DNA of 64,000 bases from Octopus vulgaris. Its lineage: Eukaryota. The DNA is taken from assembly GCA_951406725.2 (NCBI GenBank), contig OX597827.1, positions 56,358,001 through 56,422,000 on the forward strand, written 5' to 3'. The translations under genes and the position numbers were made by a program. Shown piece by piece: positions 1 through 11,085 of this stretch (its first letter is position 1; every line of letters starts with the position of its first letter). The notes below the pieces were generated by a model. It was not told where the DNA came from, made no database searches, and saw nothing but the letters and a program-made list of their open reading frames with translations.

Positions 1-56
1 ATTCATAAAAATATACATGTACTCATTTCTTGAGTTCTATTTTTCTTGTTTGCGCC

Positions 57-136
<80 letters not shown>

Positions 137-148
137 CATATATATATA

Positions 149-985
149 TCAGGTCATTAAAAATGTAATGTCCGATTTTCTTATGCACCAAGTTTGACAG
201 TCGTTAACTGTTTTATCCTGACAATTCTTTGTTTTACAACATTGAAGAGTTATATCACTTTTCGAAATGCAATTCATGGTGTCATCTTGAAACTTGCTTT
301 TCTTTGCTCTCATGGCGTAAAAGCAAAGCATTTTTGTATTGTATTGTTACGTGTAATGAAAACTAGCAACAATAGCAAGGATTCTGCATGGTGGTTGGAT
401 AGAGACGGAGCACCAAAACACAATCCAAAAAAGAACATTCACCAAAAAAAAGCTAATGGTGTCTGTTTCGTGGTCCAGTGCTGGTGTCATCCACTACAGC
501 TTCATGAGAAATGTTAAGTCAATTACAGCAGATGTATACATCAACCAATTGGGTGATATAATGAGTAAACTTGCAATTAAACAACTGAGATTAGTCAATG
601 GAGACAGGCCAACTCTCTTGCAAGACAATGCTCGACCACATGTTGCACAAAGAACGCTACTCAAGTTACAGGAGCTGAACTTGGAAGTACTTTGTCATCT
701 ACCAATTTCACCAGACTTTGCACCAACTGACAATCATGTTTTCCAAGCATTAGACAACTTTTTGCAAGGAAAAAAAACTTCAAATCTGAAGAAGATGCAA
801 AAACAGCCTTTCCTGAGTTCATCACCTTTTGCTTGCCAGAATTCTTCGCTGCTGGCATAAATAAGCTACTGATAAAATGGCAAAATTGTGTTGATAATTT
901 CGGTGCATACTTTCATTAACTGCAATGCTTTTTGTTGAGATAAAGTAAAATAAGCTTTCAATTCAAAATCAGACATTTGACCTGA
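149..985 (+). mobile_element. Mariner (Tc1/mariner) DNA transposon relic, internally deleted
   Basis: TIRs tcaggtcattaaaaatgtaatgtccgatttt / aaaatcagacatttgacctga in TA context. ORF 456-860 carries mariner motifs GVIHY, LLQDNARPHVA and ISPDFAPTDNH (YSPDLAPSDYH-like). Frameshifted. Confidence 0.9.
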
Positions 986-1212
986 TATATATATATAATT
1001 ACATAAATATATACATGCACGTGTTTGTGTCTCGTTGTCTCAACATTGTGTGATAGTTGTAAAATGACTTGTCACTGTCATACAAACAGTGTCGTTCATT
1101 TCCAATACAATGCAAGAGCATGTCTGGCCATAATGAATACATTACTTTGCTTGGTAACAGGTGTGGGCTGGCAACAGGAAAGGCATCTGGCCATAGAAAA
1201 TCTGCCTGAATA

Positions 1213-1560
1213 GGCATAGGAGTTGGCTGTGGTTCTGTCCCACTGCATGACACCTTGGACAAGTGTCTTCTACTATAGCCTCCGGCCGACCAAAGCCTTG
1301 TGAGTGGATATGGTATACGGAAACTGAAAGAAGCCCGTCGTATACATGTATATGTTTGTGTGCCTGTATTTGTCCCCCCAACATCGCTTGACAACCAATG
1401 CTGGTGTGTTTGCGTCCCTGTAACTTACCAGTTCGGCAAAAGAGACCACTAGAATAAGTACAAGGCTTACAAAGAATAAGTCCTGGTGTCGATTTGCTCG
1501 ACTAAAGGCAGTGCTCCAGCATGGCCACAGTCAAATGACTGAAACGAGTAAAAGAGTAAA
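1213..1560 (+). mobile_element. tRNA-derived SINE family A (head partly deleted)
   Basis: Body matches the copies at 45587 and 48198 (gtcccactgc..accttgg.caagtgtcttc, gtcgatttgctcgactaaagg, tail gactgaaac.agtaaaagag). Confidence 0.85.
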
Positions 1561-2955
1561 CTGTCTGACCCATGCAAAAGCATAGAAAAGTAGACATTAA
1601 AATGATGACAAGCTTAAACTTTGAATTAATCAATGAAAACAACTAGGGTGAACACAGTTAGAAAAAATTCAATCACTTCATTAGCTAATGTAGTTGATAA
1701 TGAAAATACCAAAATAGCATCCATTCACAACTTGATTTAAAACAATCTTTTTGCAATTTTTATCTTTACAGAAGATGAATTTATTAAAGAAATGCATTAC
1801 ACTTAAAAAAAAAAAAAGGAAAAAGAAAACCATACATGAATTTGAACTTTGATAGCTTGACATCAGTTGTTTGTAAACATTGAATAAATGTCATTTTAGC
1901 TCACTGTGAAAAATGGAAGCTTCAGGAATCACGTTATTCCAATCAAATTAAATGTTCAATTTTACGCTACAATCCACCACAATGCAATTAACAAACATTG
2001 ATTTTTTGCATATGGAATCAACCAATCAGTTTTGTAGAAATTTCATGCTAAATGGTTAGGTGTTTTGAAATGTTCAACAATTAAATGAAACCAACTGTAT
2101 AATATATATATATAGGCATATGTATGTACACATACAAACATAACATTTATAGAATCATATATATATCCTGTCCTCACAGCCCTGTTGGTCTGTATCACTT
2201 ATCTGGTAGCCCCCACTACTCTATATATAACCAGGTTTTCACCACCATTCTTTAATCCTGCTTTTTTTGCAATATCCTGCCACTTATATTATGACATTTG
2301 AACCTAAAGGATATGCCCTGGCACTTGCCACCATCTATATTTCTCTCTTCCTTTACTCAATCATCCCATTTATATTCTGATCCTCCGTTCCTTGTGAATA
2401 TGCCCAGCACTTTGCCACCATCTCTATCCTGCTATTTCCCACTCTCTCTCCTCCTGCAATGCCCTCAGGTTGGGTAACCATGTATCTCCTTTGCAGCAGC
2501 ACACTTGTTTCTGTCTTCATTCTTGATCTCTCTCTCTCTCTCTCTGGCCAGGTAACCTTGTACCTCTTCTACAACAAGACACCTGTTTCTATCTGTCTCA
2601 TCTGATACAAGCTCACCTCCTCCAATTGCCTCACAAAATATTTTTTTCTTGCAAGTTACTTGGTGACCATGTCAGTGCAGGTGCCACTTAAGAAGTATCC
2701 AGTCCACACTGTAAAGTGGTTGGCATCCAGCTGTAAAAATCTTGCCAAAACTGACCTTGCCTGTGCTTGTGACACGTAAAAAGCATGAATTCTGTTCTAT
2801 TGAGTGGTTGGTGTTAGGAAGGGCATCCAATTGTAAAAATCCTTGCCAAAACAGCTACAGAAGACTGATACAGGTTTCTGCTTGGCTAGCTCCTTTCAAA
2901 CCATTCCACCGATGCCGGCATGGAAGGCAGATGTTAAACAATGATATGAGGTAAT

Positions 2956-3347
2956 AGGTGCAGGCATGGTTGTGTGGGTAAGAAGCTTGTTTGCCAACCA
3001 TGTGGTATTGGGTTCAATCTCACAGTGCAACACTCTGGGCAAGTGTAATCCAATCACAAGGTTTTGGTCAGTCCTTTTATCGCTGGGCTGACCAAAGCTT
3101 TGTGAGTGGATTTCATAAATGGAAACTGAATGAAACTCATCTGTCTGTATGTGTGTGTGTGTGTGTATCTGTCACCATTGCTCGACAAATTGGTGTTGGT
3201 TCGTTTATGTCCCCATAATTTGGAAGTTTGGCAAAAGACACTAATAACATGTGTACCAGGCCTCAAAGTACTAGGGTTAATTTGACTAAAACCCTCCAAG
3301 ACAGTATCCCAACATGGCAGCAATTCAAAGACTGAAACTCATAAAAG
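2956..3347 (+). mobile_element. SINE family A, diverged copy
   Basis: Head ggtgcaggcatggttgtgtgggtaagaagc, internal (TG)n, tail gactgaaactcataaaag. Confidence 0.75.
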
Positions 3348-3915
3348 TTCATTTTTTACATCCATTTCTCCAATGTAAACAAACACATGTATATGCACAC
3401 ACACATACACACCATAAATGGGACAGCTTCGATACAACATTAACCCATCACATATGTGAAGATTTTAAGTAGTTAAAGCAGCCGATGATCATGTTGGTGC
3501 ATGATTTTAGAGTGTTTTAATTGTCTGATATACATCTCATTTCTACTGAAACTGTATCTCTTATTAAGATAAGAGATGTTACGTTCACTTGAAACCACAG
3601 TATGCATAACTGATGTCAAACATATTTGAAACTTGACAAATGCACATTGCATGAACTTGAACTTGGCTTAATGATTGAATAGCAGCAAGGTTAGTGATGA
3701 ATATACCTCAGCCATTTTCTAATATGAAGGTGATTTCTAAGGTGAAAGTGTGGTTGTCTGGTAATAAGTTTTGCTTCCCAACCACATAGTTCTAGATTCA
3801 ATTCTATCACATGGAACCTTAAGCAAGTGTCTTCTGCTACAGCCTAAGAATGACCAGTCTTAGTGGATTTGGTAAAAGATTATTTACATTTGACAGATTT
3901 GTCATCTTGCTTGTT

Positions 3916-3966
3916 AACACAACGGTTTCAGCTGATATACCTACCCTCCAGCCTTCATCAGGTGTC
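3916..3966 (-). ncRNA. Minimal type I hammerhead ribozyme motif in PLE pseudo-LTR
   Basis: Minus strand GACAC-CUGAUGA-A-GGCUG..CAGCU-GAAA-CCG-UU-GUGUU: stem I gacac/gtgtt, conserved core, stem II. Confidence 0.65.
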
Positions 3967-4388
3967 TTGTGGAAATTTCGAACTTGGGTTCTCATTCCTA
4001 AGGTATTTTTCAATATTATTATTATTATTAGGTCACTGCTTGGAATCAAACTTGGAATCTTAGGGTTAGTAGCCGCACTCTTAACCACTACACCATATGC
4101 CTATGGACAATTATGGGAGTGAACTTTAGGGCTTATAAATCTAATAATTTCCTATCCTTCTTTAATACCGGTTCCCATATGTTATTCAATCTGCACTCGG
4201 TCTGCTTAGGAGTTTGTTGTGTCCTAGCATATGTGATGCTTCTTTTAGTTTTCGTATTTTCCAGTGGTGTTCTCTGTCTATTATTTTAACTGCATCCACA
4301 GGGGATTCCAAGCAGTGACCTGAATAATAATAATGATAATATCGAAAAATACCTTAGGAATGAGAACCCAAGTTTGAAATTTCTCCAA

Positions 4389-4431
4389 GACACCTGATGA
4401 AGGCTGGAGGGTATATCAGCCGAAATGTGTT
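4389..4431 (+). ncRNA. Hammerhead motif (degenerate at stem III) in the inverted pseudo-LTR
   Basis: GACAC-CTGATGA-A-GGCTG-gagggtatat-CAGCC-GAAA-T-GTGTT; the stem III/cleavage triplet is deleted. Confidence 0.55.
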
Positions 4432-4544
4432 AACAACAAACAAGATGAGGACAAATATCAGTCAAATGTAAATAATGCACATAATTCCTCATCTCTTAAA
4501 TATAGAATGAAAGGTAAAAGATGTTCATCGTGTGTGTGTCAGCA

Positions 4545-4748
4545 GCATCATTTAACATTTATTTCCCATGCTGGCATGGATTGGATGGTTTGACAGGAGC
4601 CGGTCAGCCAGAGAGCTGCCCAAGTTCCAACTGTCTGTTTTGGCGTGGCTTCTACAGCTGGATACCCTTCCTAATGCCAACCACTTTACAGAGTGTACTG
4701 GGTGTTTTTACGTGGCACCAGCACAGATGCTGCTACATGGCACCAGCA
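4545..4748 (-). mobile_element. Short element sharing the 3' tail of the RTE LINE (family C)
   Basis: catcatttaac..ccatgctggcatgg.ttggatggtttgac..ccttcctaatgccaaccact matches the 3' UTR of the RTE at ~61775-61950. Similar copies at ~9660-9842, ~28715-29006 and ~37185-37272. Confidence 0.75.
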
Positions 4749-5364
4749 CATATATACACACACGTACATACATATAATTATACATACACACATACATACA
4801 TACATATGTATATACATACAGCACAAGTATATATATATATATATATGCAGGAATGGGGATGTGTACGTGTGTGTTCCTGTCTCCTTGCTTGGACATCAAA
4901 TGATAGTTTAAATAAATGTTACTGTCATGCAAGCAGTGTCCTTCATTTCCAATCTTCAAAAAAAACATGTCTGGTCATGGAAATACATCACCTAACTTAG
5001 AAACAAGTGAGGAAGTGCAACTAGTGTTAAAAAATCCACCTCAAAAAAATTCCTTCCATTCCCTGCAAGCATGGAAATAGTGGACATTGAAATGATGACG
5101 TGATGAATTAAAATTGTAATTTACTGTCTAGTTTAAAAAGAAAATAAACAAGTGCACTCAGAGCACAAACCTCTGCCAAGGCAACACCAATATCTTCTCA
5201 ATGATTAGCCAATGATTTTTAAAATGAGAATATCTGAAATAAACTGAACTGATCTCACAAACAAGAATACTAAAAATGAACCTGACCACTCTCAAAAATT
5301 AAGTATAAAAAAACAGAAAAATAATCTAGAATCTTTGCTTGATACCTGATCGATCCCAATGGTA

Positions 5365-5640
5365 GCCATGGAATGTGAAGGTGGGTGTGCGGGCCATGTT
5401 TGTAATGATCTGCAGTGGGAACAGGGACAGTTTTCTCTATGAAAGCCTTTTTTAGTCTATCCACTGATATAGTGTCTTCGAAAAATTTATCTGTGCATGA
5501 AAGAAAATGGGAAGGACCTGCATACGGTGCTGTTAACAGAGGTTTAACAACATTGTTGCACACAAAAATGAGAGTCCAAGAAGTAAAGCTTCCTTGAAGG
5601 CAGAGCTAGAAATGCAATTGTGAATTAGAGATTTTAAACA
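5365..5640 (-). mobile_element. Gypsy integrase C-terminal fragment
   Basis: ORF 5270-5563 contains KPLLTAPYAGP..DTISVDRLKKAF, typical of the Gypsy integrase GPY/F region. Confidence 0.65.
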
Positions 5641-6412
5641 GGAGCGATATATTCAAAATTGGCAAAGCTAAACATTGTCGGGGATAAATTAAACTTATTA
5701 TTGTTACTGAATATGTTAATGTTATTTAATTTCTGAACAGTTTTGCTGCTGTTTGTTTATGTAGTTTGATTTCTTTATCCATCAGTTTCTACTAAGATAG
5801 AGACACAAGTAAAATTAATAATAGAGAAATGAAAATAAAACTGTGGAAACAGCAACGCTGCCATAACTTATGTGGAAACCGTGAGCGTGCTTTCAAGGGA
5901 ATTCATCAGAGAAAGTCTTGAAAGTCAATGTTAAGATTGTAATACTTCATGTAAAATAAAGTAACTGTAACAAATAATCCAAAATCCTTGTCCGGTACCG
6001 GATCAATCCCAAAATCTAATCAGTCCATACCAGCCACAAGGCCAAACATCCCTGAAAGTTTCATATGAATCTATCCAGCAGTTCTTGAGATAGCTTGTCC
6101 ACGGACTGAAAACAATACCACCACCTTCGCTAAGGCGGAGGTAATAAAAAGCTGTGAAGACACAAACTTATACAAGTGCTAGCATTTACACTGAAATTAT
6201 TCATTCCTCATATATGGATGTATACTCAGACCAAAACACTGGCATAACTTATGGTTAAGCAGCCCACTGTGAAGTGGTGCCTGCAGACAAGTGGAAAGAT
6301 AACCTCACTAGTCACTTTCCCTGGGTTGAAGTGAGAACCAGTAACAAAAGAAAAAAACAGCATTTGATTATTCTCAATCCTTGTACATATCTAAAAGTAA
6401 GCAATTTCTAAG

Positions 6413-6727
6413 TTAATCCTTTAGCATTCCAATTACTCTGTCAAATGCAATGCTTATTCATTCACATTATTTTGAATTAATCCTGCATTATCTCATAGCT
6501 TCGAGATTATATGTGGTTGTTTATTTCTAGAATAATATTGTAGAATAGGTGTGAGAAGCCAGATCTGGCCAGTTTGACTATAAAACAAGTAGAATATTTG
6601 AATGTCATTCTAAAAATATAGTAACATCACTGAAATTTCAAAGCTACAAGATAACACATGATCAACTCAAAACAATGTGGGTAAATAAGCTTTACATTTG
6701 ACAGAGTAATTTGAATGCTAAAGGGCT
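6413..6727. mobile_element. piggyBac-like MITE with fold-back ends
   Basis: Left ttaatcctttagcattccaattactctgtcaaatg is inverse to right catttgacagagtaatttgaatgctaaaggg. Same family as 50319-50545 and ~40200-40366. Confidence 0.6.
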
Positions 6728-6743
6728 GAAATCTTCGTAACAT

Positions 6744-7104
6744 AGGAGCAGGAGTAACTGTGTGGTAAAAAACTTGCTTCTCAACCACATGGTTCCAGGG
6801 TTCAGTCCCACTGTGACACCCTGAGCAAGTGTCTTCTATTGCCTCAAGCCAACTAAAGCCTACCAAGTGGATTTAGTAGATGGAAACTGAAAGAAGCTCA
6901 TCGTGTGTATGTGCGTGTGTGTCACACCACTGCTAGACAACTACTGTTGGTGTGTTTACATCCCTGCAATTTAGTGGTTCAGCAAAAGAGTACCAAGCTT
7001 AAAATAATAAAAAGTACTGGGGTTGATTAATTCAACTAAAATTCACCAAGGCAGTGCCCCAGCATGGCCACAGTCTAATGACTGAAACAAGTAAAATAAA
7101 AGAA
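6744..7104 (+). mobile_element. SINE family A
   Basis: Head ggagcaggagtaactgtgtggtaa, B-box-like ggttcagtccc, tail gactgaaacaagtaaaataaaagaa. Confidence 0.8.
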
Positions 7105-7567
7105 TAGGCAGGCCATCAATTTTGAGGGCAGAAAGAGTCAATCAACTCAGCACTCAACTTGTACGGAAAAAAAACTGACTTTCCGGATACCGATGATCCA
7201 GGACCCCTTATAATCCATGCTAATTAATGAGAATGAACTTGAAATCCACACAACTACCAGACTAGTTTACTAGTACCTTGCATTGTACACTTAATAAACT
7301 TGCACCAATGTACAGGTACCTGTATTTCATTTAAGTGTATTGATCAAGGTGACACCCTGAATCAGAAAAATCAGTCAGCCAGAAGGGCTCTGGACCCAAA
7401 GGTTCCAGAAAAACAATGTTGTATGTGTACTTGGTTCTATTAATTTTGGAATAACGAGGGACTACGAGAACTTCAGCTGGATTTAAACTCGGAACATAAC
7501 TCTAAATACTAAGTAATATTTGGTTAAATGCTCTACCAATTCTATAAACGCACTGACCTACATAACT

Positions 7568-7935
7568 ATTCCTTTACTTGTTTCAGTCATTTGATTGTGG
7601 CCATGCTGGAGCAACACCTTTTAGTCGAAGAAATCAACCACAGGACTTATTGTTTGTAACCCTGGTACTTATTCTATCAGTCTTTCTGCCGAACCACACA
7701 AAGTTATAGGGACATAAACATACCAACACTGGTTGTCAAGCAATGATGGGGAGGACAAACAGAAATACATACATACACATATACACAGCAGGCTTCTTTC
7801 ACTTTCCATCTACCAAATTCACTCACAAGGCTTTAGTAGAAGCTGCTTGCCCAAGGTGCCATGCAGTAGGACTGAACCTGGAACTATGTGGTTGAGAAGC
7901 AAGCTTCTTACTACACAGCCATACTTGCACCTGCG
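7568..7935 (-). mobile_element. SINE family A
   Basis: Reverse complement of the family A tail (tttacttgtttcagtcatttg) and head (ctactacacagccatacttgcacc). Confidence 0.8.
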
Positions 7936-9873
7936 ATTTTTTTTTATAAGTATAAAGGCTCAGATTTATATGAAATGGCTAATAAAATTGTAATGTCCAT
8001 GCCATTCCCAAAAAGCAATGAAAATCAAAACCTGTATCACAAATTTGCCTCACCATACAATTAACACCACCATACCCCAGCCAGTTACATATGCCAGTTT
8101 TTGGTTCATAATGCACTTAGCACTATAGCCTTGCCAGTCCTTCACTCCAGAGTAATGCTATCATAACCACACTTAAATGACATTGTGTAGTTTAGATATT
8201 AAAAACGAAAAGACAAAGTTAAAACAGGTTTGCAGAGATTTTTTTTTCTCCAAGTTCAATCAAAAGTGATAGAAATTTTTAGTATATTTAAGATTTGATG
8301 GGGGCTGAGATGTTGATTTATGGGGATATTCGATTGAATGAATCTAATGTCACATATTTCCTACGTGCCTTACATGCCTTCAGAAATATGCAGCTTAACC
8401 ATTCGGATACCAACCTGCCTGAGATAGCTCCTGGTTATAAGATACAAACTTCATGTTTTCAAATGATCTAAAAAACTTTCCCCTTAAAATTTTATATTGT
8501 TTCAAACACCAGCTGTTTTGAATTATATCCAAAATTCATTGACACAAAAGCAGTGTATTTCAACAGAATATTGTTACAAACAGGCTATAAAGAAACAAGA
8601 GTGTAGCTGGCTAACCGAATGCCACTATAAAATAGAAATTCTCTAAGCAGTTTTGCTTGTCCTATCAAAAATAGCAGCTAAATAACACCTTACCTAACAG
8701 AACTGATGGAGCAATGTGGTTCAAGATTCACATTCTTCAGAAAATGACAGGATGATCAAAGGTCTGTCTAACCATGTCAGACCTGGGGCTAAACAACAAC
8801 TTCATAATAGACCAACCTGTCAAACAACAATGTACTTATAATAGGATCAGTATATCTTAGCCCATCCTTAACAGTTTTTATAGCACCCTGGGGATATTTT
8901 TATCCTTTTATGTATTCACTTTAAATGTTCTCATGTAAACTGAGGCATTATGCCTACATAAAAAGCACAGCATTTAATGAAAAAAGATGATGTATAGTGG
9001 CAGGGCATCATAAAAAAGTATTCATCAGTATTTACTTATCAAGTTCCATGTATCAATAAATATAGAAGATATATGTATCAATAAATTTAGAAACATTCAC
9101 AATGCAGAACTTCATTCAATATGTAGCAACTGACAAAGACAGCAAGCTAGCAGACACATTAGTACACCAGGCAGAATGCTTAGTGGCATTTCGTCTGTCT
9201 TTAAGTTCTGAGTTCAGATTCTGCCAAGGCCAGCTTTGCTTTTTGTCTTTCCAGAACCAGCTGAGCACTGGGAGTGATGAAATCAACTAGTCTACTCCCC
9301 CAAACTTGCTGGCCTTGTGCCAAAATTTGAAACCTAAGCTGCAAATGACAGTTCTTCATAAAGGACACCCTGTGATAACTTGCAAATGGACATAGCACAA
9401 GCAAACAACCTATTGTGGGAGTTTCCATTTTGCTCACTTGACCTGCTAGAAATAGCATCCAAATTTTCAAAGGTTTTTTTTTGTCCAACACAGCGATTTA
9501 TGCATACACAATCAGCATCCACATGATTTCAGTCTCATTGAGTTTCTTTCATCAACCAGAAGTCATAATTGAAGACACATGCCTAAAGTATTGCAAAGGG
9601 CGAATAAACCCAAAACCACATTGATGAAAAGTGAACTTTTTAATCATATGACCATGCCTACATCATCATTTAACATCAGTTTTCCATGCTGGTATGGATT
9701 GGATGGTTTGACTAGAGCTGGTAAGACTAGGGGCTGCACCAGGATCCATTGCTTGTCCTGGCATGGTTTCTACGGCTCAGTACCCTTCCTAATGCCAACC
9801 ACTCCACAGAGTGTACTAAGTGCTTTTTCTGTGGCACCAGCATGATTTTATATATATATATATATATATATAT

Positions 9874-10026
9874 TCTCTCTCCTTGTTTCTTTCTGTGTTC
9901 CTTTTTGTGGAAGAGCATAGGCTCGAAACATTAAAAACTTTTTCACTTCCCAAGCGTTAAACTAATACATCTGTTTGTTGTCTACACCACCTATCTTTGT
10001 GTTGTTTTTTGTGTGAATTCTCCCCC
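9874..10026 (+). mobile_element. (TA)n-embedded element with degenerate hammerhead-like motif (PLE pseudo-LTR-like)
   Basis: Flanked by (TA)n on both sides. Homologous to the reverse complement of 54107-54323. Motif TTGTGGA-A-GAGC-ATAG-GCTC-GAAA at ~9904-9928. Confidence 0.6.
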
Positions 10027-10057
<31 letters not shown>

Positions 10058-10857
10058 CAGCAATTGAGTACCCAAAACAATGAAGCCATTTCATAAATTT
10101 CATAAGACAAAACAAACACTACATGCAGAAAAAACAAGAAAACATGGGGCAGGGGACTTTCTTTTCTTCTTAAAAATATAGTAAATCTCTCTCCACCAAA
10201 AAAAAAAAAAAAAAAATTAACTCACTCTCTCTCTCTCTAAATTGACAAAGTAAAAAAAATAGAAATAAAAGTCACAAAGAATCCCCTAATGCAAAACTGA
10301 ATATCAAAAGGAAGGGAGTGACTGAAATATGCAAACAATTTTTCTCCATTCACTTCTGAGAAAAATTTTCAAGGCAGTGATGGAAGCATTTAGAATTAGG
10401 ACCTGAATTGCATTGTGAGAAGCGAAACATCACTCCTTTTGCCATACAGTGGAAGGAAAGGGAAGGAAGAAATACCTTGCTTAATCCTGAAACACTTTCC
10501 TAGATGTAAATAGAGAAAGGCTAGAAGACTGACAATTACAAAGTTGGTCTTACTCATGAATTTATTTTTTTTTACCCCATGGAAATTGCTTACAAATAAC
10601 AATAGATTTTATTTTCACGATAAAAACTCTTGTAAAAAGAAGGAATACAGTTGGTTGAAAGAAAACTGCCTGCATATTATTGGAGATATTTTATAAACTA
10701 CGGAAAGTTACAAAAGATATGAAAATAAGAATCAGTTCTATGCATTATATTGTTAAAATGTATTTATTTTTCCTGTATTTATATTAAGAAGAGAAAAAAA
10801 TTGCCTTCTCTTTGCAAATACAATATTGAGAACCAAAATTTTTGTAGCCTTGACACT

Positions 10858-11085
10858 TTAACTCTTTCGTTACTGTATTTATTGTGAGATGCTCTGTGTT
10901 TCTTTCAATTACTTTAAATATAACAAAGAATTTAGTAAAATAACTTCATTATCATTAAGCTAGTGTTAGGAACATAAATTGTGACTAAGGTTTGGTGAAA
11001 GATTTTAATTCAAAACTTTGAAAACAAGACATTTGTACTACAGAGTCAGAGCCGATTTCAGCCGGGTTGGTAACAAAAAGGTTAA
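10858..11085. mobile_element. piggyBac-like MITE (TTAA-flanked)
   Basis: ttaactctttcgttac...gtaacaaaaaggttaa; near-identical copy at 50891-51118. Confidence 0.8.

Larger units (their letters stand above)
3881..4512 (-). mobile_element. Penelope-like element 3' fragment with inverted pseudo-LTR and 10-bp target-site duplication
   Basis: Minus strand ~4298-4135 translates DAVKIIDREHHWKIRKLKEASHML..LLSRPS..NNIWEPVLK (C-terminus of a PLE GIY-YIG endonuclease, frameshifted). Inverted arms 3879-4047 / 4304-4476. GGTAAAAGAT is duplicated at 3871-3880 and 4513-4522. Confidence 0.8.

Noticed and set aside
3-191. ORFs rich in YI/HT/VC dipeptides (also 4521-5000, 24539-24913, 26479-26720, 28275-28650)
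   Set aside because: Translations of (TA)n/(CA)n/(TACA)n microsatellites; no coding signal.
999-1394. Recurrent ORFs such as FSFRLPNPLTR..SRRHLPKVP..GTEP and QIHSQGFG..IVEDTCP
   Set aside because: Chance translations of SINE family A, repeated wherever the SINE occurs.
5875-5920. CTGATGA...GAAA on the minus strand resembling a hammerhead
   Set aside because: No stem I partner after the putative cleavage site, and stem II overlaps the core.
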